Source: Lama guanicoe
Taxonomy: Eukaryota
DNA length: 64,000 nucleotides
NCBI GenBank assembly: GCA_013239625.1
Contig: MU054323.1
Location: 7,243,220 to 7,307,219 of the forward strand
Direction: 5' to 3'
The notes beneath the pieces are model-generated. The model was not told the origin of the DNA and made no database searches. It worked only from the letters and a program-made list of their open reading frames with translations. Below are positions 25,868-38,260 of this stretch, in pieces. The translations under genes and the position numbers were made by a program. Numbering within the stretch: the stretch's first letter is position 1; the number at the start of each line of letters is the position of its first letter.

Positions 25868-27169
25868 CCACAGCACTGAAGGTCTCTGAATCCTCAGCCC
25901 CCAGAGAGGATGTTTCTTTCTCCTCTCTCACCTGGGGCTCTGCACTGGGTTTTGGCGACCTGGAGCCCCGGAGTGGGGTCGGGGAAGGCAGGGCCAGCAG
26001 CTGCAGGGTGGGCGGCAGGGAGGTGTGGACCCCGCGGGCAGGGAGGAAGCGGGGGTGCATACTCGCCAACGCTGTGTACGCGACAGGCCTTTTAAGGTAT
26101 GTCTCACCGGACTTTGTCTCTTCCTTTGAGCTTCCTTTAGGTCTTCTTGATTCACTACAGTCAGCTCCCAACTTTTTCTCAGGCCCCCTGGAGCCCGACT
26201 CCCCCTCCTGCCCTCTCAGAGCCTCCCTTCTTCCCGGGGGTCCTCCCTCCTCTCAGACCCCCACGTTCCGCCCGGTGAGGCTTTGGGCTGCCAGGAGGGG
26301 GCGCCCACCCTCAAATCACACAGCAGCCCAGAGGTCCCCTGGACCTCAGCCGTTTCCTACAGGGGACCTACAGGCAGTTGGTTTATGGGGATTCATTTAT
26401 TCATTAGAATGAAAGAATATCAGGGATGAAGGGAACTGTGGCGAGGACAGAGTACTCGTCCAGCCCTTAAGTTTTGCTGACGGAGTATTTGTCCAGCCCT
26501 TTGACGGAGAAACAGAGGCTGGGGTGCCGCGTGACTTACTGCCAGAGCTGAGAGCAGATTCCAGGGCACCTGCCTCCCCAGGCAGCTAACTCATTTTACA
26601 CTGCACCACCTTGATGTCCCCAACCCCTTCCTTATACCCGGCCCCCATATTCCCCCAAACAGAATTACTTTTCCTCATGTGGTTTCTAACTAGCATCCTT
26701 CTGGAATTTTCTTCCAGACGGACTCTGCGCATGCCCACTTGAGTGACATCACACACACACTTTTCAGCCAGGCCCAGCAAAACAACAAACTGGGCTGCCT
26801 CAGAATGCAGCACTTTGTCATGAGTCAAGGAGGGTCAGCTGCTCTCTCGACACTCCCTCTGTGGTCCATCTGCTCCTGGCCCAGACCCAGGGTCACAGGC
26901 TGGCCAGGTGGCTATGTGCCTTCCAGGGTGGCCCTGGCAGGCTTGGACATGACCCTAGGGCATCTCAGGTCCTGGGGGCAGGGCAGGCCAGGCCAGGGTG
27001 CTTCTAACACTTACCTGTTGGTCTGAGGCTATACTCCTTCAGGGGTCACCCCGGATTCCCTCTAAAATGAACCCAGGTCTCAAGGACAGGGCTGAGGCCA
27101 GGCTTATCCCAGAGGACAGCCACTAGCCCAACACTGTGTGCTCAGTCTGAGCAGAGAGGGGATTTGTAT

Positions 27170-27540
27170 TGATCCTAATCTGGTCCTTCACTATTTGTAC
27201 AGTCTTGGGTGAATAACTTAACATCTCTGAACCCTCAGTCCCATCTGAAAAATGGGGGTAATACGTCTTTCTCAAATGATTGCAAGGATTAAATAAGAGA
27301 GTTACATAAAGAGCAGGACTTCTCAAAGTTTAATGTGCATCAAAATCATGAGGATCTCTTTCAAATGCACATTCTAACTCAGTAGGTCTAGGATGGGGCC
27401 CGAGATTCTGCATTTCTAACACCCCAGGTGACGCCAGGTGATGCTACTGGTTGATGGACCACTTTGAGTAGCAAGGATATAGAACACTCAACGCGTAGTC
27501 AATATTCAGTAAAAGAAGGCCACATTACCATCGTTACTAC
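27170..27540. mobile_element. MIR interrupted by a MER5-like element (about 27314-27476)
   Basis: MIR core (ctctgaaccctcagtcccatctgaaaaatggggg), then cttctcaaagtttaatgtgcat...ggaccactttgagtagcaagg, then the MIR tail. Confidence 0.7.
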
Positions 27541-29139
27541 CCTCATAATGATGGCCCTAATGCTAGGAGTATAGGAGCAGTTCCAAGGCCACCACCTGCC
27601 TGTCCAGGTGGCTCTTGTCCTTATTACTCATCATCTCCCCTGTCCCTCCTTTCTCCTGGCTGTACTATCAGAATCTGGGGCTCCTACGTGTACACAGAAA
27701 GGTGCCCGGGCCAAGGCTGCCTTAAAGTCCTCCATTTTTCCTGCATAGGAACGAATGAGAGGGGTTCCGGGAGAGATGTGCGGGGCCTCTGAAAAGAGAT
27801 CTGGAATGAGAGGAACCGAAAGGAGACCACAGCCAAGTCACTTCCTCCCCCAGGGCCAAGTCTCCTTCCTCCTTGGAACCAAGCAGCTGAGTATGCGTTC
27901 TGTGCGGCTGACTGCTGGACCAGTGGCCAAGCCTCCAAAGGGCCACTGCCCACCCCTCAAAGTAACACCTCACCAGTCTCAGCATCCAGGAGATTCACGG
28001 CGACCTTCAGGGATCCCAGCTCTGATCCCTGCCAGCATCTCCACTGCCCGGATAGCTGGGGCCACACAGGAATGCTCCAAGGCCAAATTTTGGAAATCAA
28101 GGATGCTTGAAGTGTTTTTGCCTGCTGCACTTTGCACTAGATTCTGAGAAAGATCCACTCAATGTGTGAAAGTCCCAAACCCAGGAGTCACCCTTGAACC
28201 ATCTCTCCCCACCCCCTCATGTCCCTGGCACTCACTCACCGCTCTCCAGATCCTCCCTCCTAACCGCTCATCCTGCTTCCCGGCCCCTCGGTTCCATTCC
28301 AGGATCCAGATGGCAAAGGGATCTTTTCAAAACGCAAAGCGGATCATGTCACCCCCTGAGAGGGCAGCCTTGGAGCTGTGCTGGTTGCTACCTCATGCCC
28401 TTCTCCCTTCCTCCCCCCACTCCTGACTCATGGGTTTCTGCCGGGTCCCTGGATGCCCCGCTCTCACCCCTCCCTGTACCTCCCCACCCCGGTGAACCCG
28501 AGCTCATCCTTCAGCTGAGGCGGAACAGGCTGGCTGGGGTCCCTCTGTTACATCTCCTCAGAGAAACTTGTTTATTTTTCCTTAGAGAACTTATCTCCGT
28601 GAGGAATCACACACTTTTTAAGTGTGCGTTTCTCGTTAATGTCTGCCTTTCCAGCAGACTGTGAGGTCCTCCAAGGCAAGAACCAGATTTTTGTTCCCCA
28701 GATCCTGGCACAGATCCTGGCACACACCACATGGGTGTTTAATAAGCCCCTGTTGACTGACTGAAGGAGTCACTCCTGAGAACGGACAGAAAGGGAGACA
28801 GGGAAATGCCAAACTGAAAGCAAACCCGCATGGGTTAAGAGCAGCCTTGGAGCGCTGCTCCATCCCGCCAGGCAGGAAGGGCTGCCCAGGCCTTGGGCAG
28901 CAACTGGGTGCCAGCCATGGTGGGGTCCCAGGAGCTGCCTATTTGGTGGGAAGGGCTGACGGGTTCTCAGGTTCCTCTCCTGCACATGTGGCCTCAGTAA
29001 CAGAAGGATGGCGCCTTCTCCCTCTCCTCCTGTTTCACTCCACTCAGGCCCCTTGGCCACTCCCACCAAGAGTCAGGACACACCCCCGGAAGTGCTCAGT
29101 TCAGGACCAGCCGGCCCCAAGCCCCATTCCAGAACAGCA

Positions 29140-29420
29140 GGGGATATTGGAAGGGCACACAGACTCTGAAGCTAGAGACCAAGACGGAATGAGGCAGAAT
29201 GAATCCTGGATCTGTCACTTACAGGTTTGGGGTCCCTGAGGACGTCACTTCATCTCATTAAGCCTCACTTTTTTCCTACTTTATAACAGGGATAATAATA
29301 CCTCTTGAAGAAGATTGTTTGGAAGAGTAAATAAAACAACGAATGCAGAGTATCTCAGAAAGCACTTTGCACACAGTGGGAGCGTTGTGAATATTAGTTG
29401 AGTAATAAATGAATGAAATG
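29140..29420 (+). mobile_element. MIR
   Basis: gaatcctggatctgtcacttac...aagcctcacttttt...gggataataatacct core. Confidence 0.7.
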
Positions 29421-29879
29421 TATTTTTAAATAAATTTGGAAATCTCTTTTCTGGAGATGCTCTCTGCACAAATATTAGGTTTGGATGCATGTGAAGTTAA
29501 GTTACACCAATTAATCGATTGACTCATTCCATCATGTACACTTGGAAGGAGGAATTTCTGAAATTAAAATGCACATATGTAAAACAAGCTGGCAGGGCCC
29601 TGGGAGGATCAAACGTGATAATGTATGAGGAAGCGCTTTGTAAACTGTGAAGCCCTGTACAAATGCTAGTTGTCCTCATTACTAACATGTTTACAGCTCA
29701 GTTGGCCCTGAAATCCCTGGCTTAACCTGAAAGAGAAAAGTGGGCAACTTTCCAGGACCCCAGGGCTAGGCCAAAAAGTCCCCAGAGGACAAGGCCTGGG
29801 CTGAGCTGCGTACAGCCACCCTCGCCTGCCCCTCCTCTCCCCAACTCTGTCACCACCAAACTTTAGTCAAGTCCACTAA

Positions 29880-30290
29880 ACTGTGGTGCGCTCAGGACAT
29901 CTGCACTGGGGAAGGCTGACTGGGCTTTTAACAGCCCAGGACATCTGCTGCCCAGGCCAGGGGCTACCAACGCATCGACCTCTAAGAGCCATAGATCTTG
30001 TGGAAGAGTAAGCAGGCCAGGTAAAGGCTGAGGGAAACGAGGCGTACAACCAGCCTGTGGGGGGACAGTCATCACCCCAGTCCAGCAACCACTGGCACTC
30101 TGCAAACCCACTGTTGCCAGATACAGCTTTTTTTTTTCCATGAGAAGCCAAAACTCCAGATTTTTATGTGAAATTTCTTGATTTTTAAATACTGGCAACT
30201 AATTTTTTTAAATGTTTAAAACACTATGTGGGCCAAATAAAACATGTGTGCAGGCTGTATCTAGCCAGGAGCCTGCAGGGCACAGCCTTA
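29880..30290. mobile_element. MER45-like hAT-Tip100 fossil
   Basis: ccagatttttatgtgaaattt...taaatactggcaactaat...aaaacactatgtgggccaaataaaaca; left boundary uncertain. Confidence 0.55.
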
Positions 30291-30305
30291 GCAAGGAGAC
30301 CTTCA

Positions 30306-30716
<411 letters not shown>

Positions 30717-31940
30717 TTAGACCAGTGGTTTTAGCTGCTTTAGGATCACTGACCTGTCTGAGATTCTGGTGAGACACACACCCTCTGTCCAGAAGATTGT
30801 GTTCGTGAAGGTTCATGTAGGCAAATACACTCACGGTTTTCCTCTCAGATTATAAGTTCCTGGGCCTGACCCCCTCAGGTCAAGGGGTCTGTGGGCTCCA
30901 GCTTAAGAAACAGGAGAAAAATCCGAGCAGGTCTGACAGCCTGGGTCCACTGCAAGCTGCACCCGCCCCTACACAATTCCCACTCACTGAGGTGACATAG
31001 GGCCCCCAAGCCTCCTCTGTGGCCCCTGCTGAAAACAAATACTCCTCGCGCTAGCCCTCCTCACAGCCAGGACCCCTCCTCAGAAGACCAGTAACACCGG
31101 GCTGATCTGACTTCTCTGTCGGAGCCCTCCTGGCTATCCTCTTGGTCTCCTGAGCTGCTGCCTGGTGAGTGGAGTGTGAGGATGAAAGGGGGCCTCCTCT
31201 GGGCCCCAAAGCCTAGTGCCATTCGGTCCCTCAGCTTTGACCCCACAACCTCTCCAGGGCGCTCAGACCCCAGGAGAGCCAAGGCCCCGGCCAGCAACCC
31301 GCAGTCTCTGTAGCCAGCCCTCCCCAGCACGTGGTCCCACAATCCCCCTCTAAGAGGAAGTGTACTGCTTTGTCCTCAGGAGCCTCAGAACTGAGCTTGC
31401 TACCAGAATCACATCGAGAGTAGTCACGACTGTCCTTCCTACGTGTCACTGCACGGTGGGCAAAACTCCTTCTCACGCATTGCCCCTTCAGAGTGGCTCC
31501 GCCTCCTTGGGGAGTTCTGTGACTTCCTTGAGGTCACACACTCTGTAAAGACAGAATCCAAGGAGCACTTGGTCCTTGGCCATCTGGGGACAGCTAGGCC
31601 AGGACATCTCAGAAGGAACAGAGGTGTCTGCTTGGGGTGAAAAAACGCAAGAGACATCGTGCTTGGAGCTCTGCCACCCCTGTGGGCACCAGGCCATCCC
31701 CAGCAACCTGCCCACCAGCTCCCCTGCAGAATGCCTGCCTGGAGAAGGGTGGGAGCTGCATGCGCTCAGCAAACACCTCAGGAAGGTGCCATTCAAGAGG
31801 GCGCTTCAGTTTCCCCACCTGTGAGGCCAGATGACTAGGCAAGACCAAAGGAGGGTTTCTTTCTGTTTAAGTGCTTTTTTTTTTTTTTTCCTATTTAAAA
31901 AGTCAAACACAAGTAAAAATTCAAACCACACAAAAATGGA

Positions 31941-32076
31941 GGGGAGGGAATAGCTCAAGTGGTAGAGCGCATGCTTTGCATGCACGAGGTCCTGGGTCTG
32001 ATCCCCAGTACCTCCTCTAAACATAAATAAATAAATAAACCTAATTACCTCCTCCCTCAAAAACAAACAAAAAACC
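31941..32076 (+). mobile_element. tRNA-derived SINE (Vic-1-like)
   Basis: A/B boxes; perfect 17-bp TSD caaaccacacaaaaatg (31922-31938 and 32077-32093). Confidence 0.93.
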
Positions 32077-34953
32077 CAAACCACACAAAAATGTAGTGTT
32101 AAAAGGTTAAAGCTCCTACTTCAATTCCTTATATCCAAAATCACTCCCTGCAGGTGAATCATTATTAATAGCTTGATGAGTATCTTTTCTAGACATTTTC
32201 TTTATGTATCTACAATCACGTGTGAGTTCCATGTTTACACATATGTATTTATACGCACATCCAGATCCTCACTTTCTTTTCCCCTTAAAGGGGGCTCATA
32301 CTACTCATACTGTTCTGCATCTTGCTTTTTCACTTAACGAGCACAGCGGGCATTTCTCCATGTGGATCTGGCTCATTCTGGCTCATTCTGTGTCTCATTC
32401 AATGGCTACTGAATGGACAGTCCAGAATTTATTCAACCCGTTCCCTAATGGTGGGCCTTTGGGCTGGTTTGCTTTTTGCTGCATTGACCCCCTTGCATTG
32501 ATAGTGCTGTGCATGTGTGGATTTCTGCAGGCCAGAGTCCCAGAAGTGGACTTGGCCCTCTAAGCGTGAGTAGACCCTGCCAAATTTCCTCCAGAAAGTC
32601 GTACCCTTGAAGCGTACCCCAAAGCCTGAGAGAGTGCTTCTTTCCCCAGATCCTTGTCACACAGCCCAGCAACCCCCAAGGCTGCTTCTGCTCCAAGAGT
32701 CTGCGATCTCAACTTTTACGATCTCAACTTTTACATATGGTGAGGAACCCCTAGAAGTGGCAAACAAGGATGAGAGCCTTAGGAAAAAACAAAAATAAAA
32801 ACCAGACCGCCCTGGGTGAAGCTCCCTCCGCAGAACAGCCCGAGGGTGAGCGGAGGGGACTCCAGAGGCCTTGCCAAGCTGCTGCCCCCGGCTGTGCGGG
32901 GCGGCTTGGGGCAGGCCTGCTTCCAGGAAGAAAACCGCCCACTGAAAGCTACAAGTGTGCGTGCTCCCCAGCAGCGGGGGCGGGGGCCGCAGCAAGAGGA
33001 AGAGGAGGCCCCTGGCCTCCGGCGGAAGGGAGACATCCTCCACGAGGCCTGGGCGCTTGGGGCCAAAGCCAGCAGAGCCCGGAGGCCAAACACAGGCCAG
33101 CCAGTGGAGCAAGCAGGCCCATGTGTCAGGACCCACACACTCTGTCTAGGACTCAGAAGCTCTTTGCTACCTCCCTCTCAAGCCAGTGAGCTCCCTGGCC
33201 TAGAGTGCCCTCCCTGGTGTAAATCCTCTCACCCCTCAAGGCTCGTGTGCATGAGAGTCACATGGCCCAGGCAGCCTGCAGAGTGGGGTGCACCTGGGCT
33301 CCCACTGCCACCCTCAGGTCTAGCTCTGCCAGGAGCCACAGAACCCCAAACATGGCACTCCCAGGGAGGTGGGTGTGGGGGTCCGGCTGGCCCACTCGGG
33401 CTGAGAGGGTTAGGTAAACACTAATTTCTTACCATGGCCGTGTCCTCCTTTCCTCTAGCTACTTGCTTCCCCACAGACACTTCAAGTTAGGGCAGGCTCC
33501 CAGCCCCACAAAGCTGCTCAGACAACTGGGCTGTCACTCACTTCCTGCCCTGGGACCACACAACCTCTTCTCACCCTGGGACTCACTTCCTGTTGACTGC
33601 CAGCTCCATAGCATAGAGAACAAGGAGGACCTGCTCTGAGACCCAACCCAGCCCCAGGGTCCCGACACCCCCTGATCGAGCACCCCTCCAAGGCGGGCCC
33701 CCGACGATCCTGGTCTGCAGCGGTGGCAGCAGAAGCGTGAGGTGCACCATCCTTCCAGAGGTGGGTGGATGGGGGGGTGGGGGAGCACTGCACCCCAGGG
33801 CTAGCTCAGCAGGCTGAAATCTGCCCTGTTCTCACCAGTCCTCACCCTCCTCTCTTCCCGACCAGGCCACCCTCCATTGCCCACCCTCTCTGGTCCTGCA
33901 TGACCCTGAGGCACCCAAGGCTCTAGGCTTAGGGGAGCCACTGACTCTTACCACGGTCAACTCTTGATCTATTTTACCCATCAAGAACTCCCACCCAAAG
34001 CCAGTAGTGGCCCCTCACTGGCCCTCTCTCTGGGGCCCAGGGTCATACCCACCCAGAAGAAACCACCGAGAGGGAGGAAGGAGGCCCATTGGCAAGTGGA
34101 CTGAAGCAACTTTAAATCACCAGGGAGGAGCTGGATGCTCCCTAAAAGGGCATCTCGGGTGAGAGCAGTGTAATCCACACCTGGAAGCCACTAGAAGAGG
34201 CTACCCCAGCGAGGCCTGCACCTTCTGCCTCCACCTCCACACCTTCCTTCCAGCTCCCTCCTCTCCCCTGTCACCACCAGCTTGTGGCTTCCTGGAGGCA
34301 GGGACTTTGCTTTATTGTGTTAGACTCGGCATGGAGTAGGGCACCTGGCAGGTGTTCAGTATCCATAATCGATTCCTTAATGCCAAAGACTAGGTTAATA
34401 GTGAGAGCATCCCATTCAAGGGGGACTTTCAACTTTGTCGCATACTAGATGCAACTGTTAAAAACTCTGTTTCTATTTGCTTTTATTCTTTACAGTTGCC
34501 TTGAAAGGAGACAGTGTGCCCTGAGACACTCATTTTTCCCATGGTGGTGGGGGGAGTAGCAGCAGGAGCCCCCAGCCCTTTTAGAAGGCACCACCAGCAG
34601 CTGTAGTGACAATTTCCGCTTCCTCTGCGCCTCACCTGTGGGGAAGGGGGAGGGGCCGGGAGTGGTGGCAGAATGGGAATGGCAGCTGTGAGCCCCCTCA
34701 TTTCTCCCCCCAGGGTGGGTGGGTGCAACAGATTTGAGTGTAGCCTAACCGCACTGTGCACCTGCCCCCGCCCAGTATGCCTCACTCTGGGTCTTCAAAT
34801 CCTGCCCACCACCTCCTGGGGTCCCTCAGAGTTTGCTGACCTTTGCTTTCCTTCCTGCTAAGACCCCTCCACTCCAGGACAACTGCCTGCTTCTCTGTTG
34901 CCCACCCGCCCCTTGGGCCTCTCCTAGGAGCGGCTTATTCCGAGCAGTGAAGG

Positions 34954-35172
34954 CAGTGGTTCTCCACTGGGGCGATTTTGCCCCCAGAGGACATTTGGCA
35001 ATGTGTCTGAGACATTTCTGATCGCTGCACTGTGGGGTGAGGGGGGCAGAATGCTGGCTTCTAGTGGGTAGGGGCCCAGGATGCTGCTAAACACCCTACA
35101 CGCTGCAGGCAAGGCCCACGGCACAGAATTGTTCAGCCCAAATGTGGATGGTGCTGTTGTTGAAAAGCCCTG
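34954..35172. mobile_element. MER20 (hAT-Charlie), near full length
   Basis: cagtggttctccactggggcgattttgcccccagaggacatttggcaatg...ggatgctgctaaacaccctaca...gttgaaaagccctg. Confidence 0.88.
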
Positions 35173-35231
35173 GGCTGAGGGCATGGGCACTGACCAGGGA
35201 CTGTCTTTCTCTAAGGATGATTTAGAAACAA

Positions 35232-35441
35232 ATTTTTTTTAAATTGTGGTAATTTCCCATTTTTACCACTTTCAAGTGTACCAGCCAGTGACATTAAGCA
35301 CACTCACATTGTTGTACAGTCATCACCACCATCCATCCTCAAAACTTTCATCATCCCAAACTGAAACTTTGTACTTATTAAACAAAAACTCCCCCTTCCT
35401 CTCTCCCAGTCCCTGGCAACCACTATTCCACTTTCTGTCTC
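35232..35441 (-). mobile_element. L1MB-like 3' end
   Basis: T tail, then catcaccaccatccat...ccctggcaaccactattccactttctgtctc. Confidence 0.8.
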
Positions 35442-35459
35442 CTAAAGTCTGTCTGTCTG

Positions 35460-35460
<1 letters not shown>

Positions 35461-35523
<63 letters not shown>
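35461..35523. repeat. (CA)n microsatellite, about 31 units
   Basis: Direct reading. Confidence 0.97.
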
Positions 35524-35525
<2 letters not shown>

Positions 35526-37819
35526 CTGGCAGGTATTTGTGCCAGGCCCTGGTCTTTGGAGCTCTCAGCCTTGTCCCCAACTGCATCCCCGCACCCCACC
35601 CCCACCCCAGAAGCCCCTGTGGCGCTGGCAGACAGCTGGTCTGGCCTGGCCTCGAGGAGTGAGGGTGAAGTCCACTCCAGCGTTCACTCACACCCCCTCA
35701 GCCCACCACACTCCGCATTTGTTTACAAAGCGCTTTCACACCCTATCTCATTAGAACACTCCTCACACGGTACCTAATTATTTGTTTACTATGTGTCTCC
35801 CTCCTAGACTGTGAGCTTTGCCTTATTTATCTTTTTATTTCTCTTCCTTCCAACCACTCCACCAACAGCTCCCTAGTACCAAGCACAGGACCCAGCCTAA
35901 ATATGCTTATACCATTAATAAACTTAATTATCACAATTATCCCAATGGGCCGTGCTACTCTCACTTTTCCAAGGAAAAGGGCTACAAGGCTTGCCTCAGG
36001 TCATACACCTTCTAAGTGGTGAAGCTTCCAGAATGACCCAGGTATCGGAGAGGCATTTGAAAGCTGGCTCCCCCTCTGGGTTGAGTCCCCGGAAAAGCCC
36101 AACCTCAAATCCCTAGGGTTCCAAGGAGGAAAAGGAGGCTTTGATGTGCCTCAGCAGGGCCAGGGAAAGGCCGCCGCTGTTTCCTTGGCAGCAGCCACCA
36201 CAACGAAAAGCCAGAGGCAAAGCAAGAAGGAACCTTCTGCAGGGAACCTGTCCGGGCCAAAGCCAATTCCCCAGCACCCCTCCCCCGCATTACCCTCCCC
36301 TTTTTCTGGAAGCCTGGACTAGACTCCAGAACTCTCATCCTTCCTTAGGAGGTGAGGTCTTGTCTCCCAAGGTGGGGCAGAGTGCTGAGGCTCCAAATAG
36401 GGAAGTGATTTTTGAGGCCTTTTTTTTTTTAGTTATAATATTTACACACAAAAAATAAAAACCTGGCAAATAAGAGATGAAGGAAATGATACAAAGGAGA
36501 TAGGGCCCAGGGCCCAGCACTCCAGGGCAGCCCTGTGTGCAGGTTTACCTGGGCCCAGGTGTGGAGGAGTGAGACCCGGAGACCCTGCCTCTCCCACTAG
36601 AATCCCCTAGGGGTCAGAGCCAGGTCCTTGCCTGGCTCTAGGCACCTGACTCAACCTCTCCTCCCATGCCAGGAGCTGCTACTGAAAGGGGTCTGCTCCC
36701 CTAGATCCCAGGGCACCTCTGGGGAGGACCAGAGGCTGGCAGATGTGGAAGTGGCCTCACCTTCCCCCAGGCCTTACCTTAGCCTCCTCAGCCTTCCCCA
36801 CCCCCAGCCCCCCACTGCCGTTGTGCCTTTAAGGCCCTTGGCAGCACTCAGCTCTGTGCCAGCCGGGAACCCTGGCATCCGGCCAGCTATGGACTCTTGG
36901 TTAAAGACACACAGACACAATCACATGGGCAGACACACAAGTGGTGCACACGGCCCAGAGACATCCGCTCACCGGCCAGAGATGTGCTCAGATGCCGCAC
37001 AGTGATGTCAACAATAACTACACACACACAGTCCCCCTCCACCCACCCCTGCCATTCATTCCAGTCCCTCGGCTCCTGCAAGTCCATCAAGCTCCCTACC
37101 AAGCCTTGAATTTTCCCAGGTTGATTCCAGTTTCAGGAAACAGCTGAATGTTCACGTAAGCAGGGCAGCCCTGTCCCCTAAGTGTTGGCACTGGGCCCAG
37201 GCTCCCCTACTCCTCTGCTCCAGGCCTTCCTGCAGCCCCTTCCCTGGGCAGTCTTCTGATCTGATTGGCTAGAAGTGGCCTTGAGGCAGGGAGCCCACTC
37301 CCGAGAGAGGCCCCACATGCCTCCCTGCTCAGCCTTCTTGGTGTGAATGGAGTCAGGCCCCAAGACATTGGAACCGGGACTCTGACCCTTCCAATTTCCT
37401 TATTCCTTGTGGAGTGGCTAAAAGTGCCACTAGTGGGGTCAGGGGACGGGAGGACCAGAGAGAGAAAGACGGCCAACTATGGAAAGTCTGACCCCAGCTT
37501 GGGTACAACTTCTAGGTCCCACCGTCTCCCTCACACCAGAGATCTCTCCAGGATGTGTGTGTGCGTGTGTGTGTGTGTGACTCGAGACTGAGGACAGAAC
37601 CTCAGGGCTTGGTGAAGTCTTAGAGGTCACTCGGTCGAGGCTCCTGCTGGCTGTGGCAAATGGATGCAAGAATGAACATTCCTGGTGAGTGACCAGCCCA
37701 CCAGGGCTCCACTTCCAGCAGGGATACCTGTCCCCCTGGAAGAGGGCCTGGCGGTGCTCTTTGAAGTCAACTCAAAGGATTTCAGGGTGAGCTGGAGGCT
37801 CCCTTGAAAAAGCCATTAT

Positions 37820-38260
37820 GTAGAGAAGACCCATGTAGCATTTAAGTAAACCTCTTTTGAAGTTATTTCTGTTTTTAACCTCCACCATCCAGGCCCAGAG
37901 TGACAGGTTTGGTGAGCTGGGGGCCCGCTGTAGAAAACGGTGCTTTCTTGTCTGTGCTTCATGTACCTTTCTAAAGTTTCTGATGGGTGTCTCCCCGCCC
38001 CCACCCACCCCCGCTGGGGCGTGCTCACCCTGCCCCACCCTACGAGGTGATTTCACAGCTTTAATCACATCCCCTCTCAGTCTTTGTCTCTCTAGACTGA
38101 GGAGCTGTAATCTCTTTAGTCTGTCCTCATTTGGCAGCCTGGCCTTCCCCTTGATCAGTTCAGCTGCCCTCCTCTGGAGCATTTCCAGCCGGTTAAATCT
38201 TTCTTGGGGTGGCCGAAATGAAACGCACAAAATTCTCTAGGTGAGGATGATGAAAGCAGA
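37820..38260 (-). mobile_element. CR1/L3 LINE ORF2 C-terminal fossil
   Basis: LEMLQRRAAELIKG...EDRLKRLQLLSLERQRLRGDVIKAVK...RKHRFLQR...VEVKNRNNFKRGL resembles the CR1 ORF2 end (LERVQRRATKMIKG...LFSLEKRRLRGD). Confidence 0.85.

Noticed and set aside
32704..32733. 15-bp tandem duplication (similar 10-13 bp ones near 5461, 28699 and 32368)
   Set aside because: Ordinary slippage micro-duplications with two copies and no spacers; not CRISPR-like.
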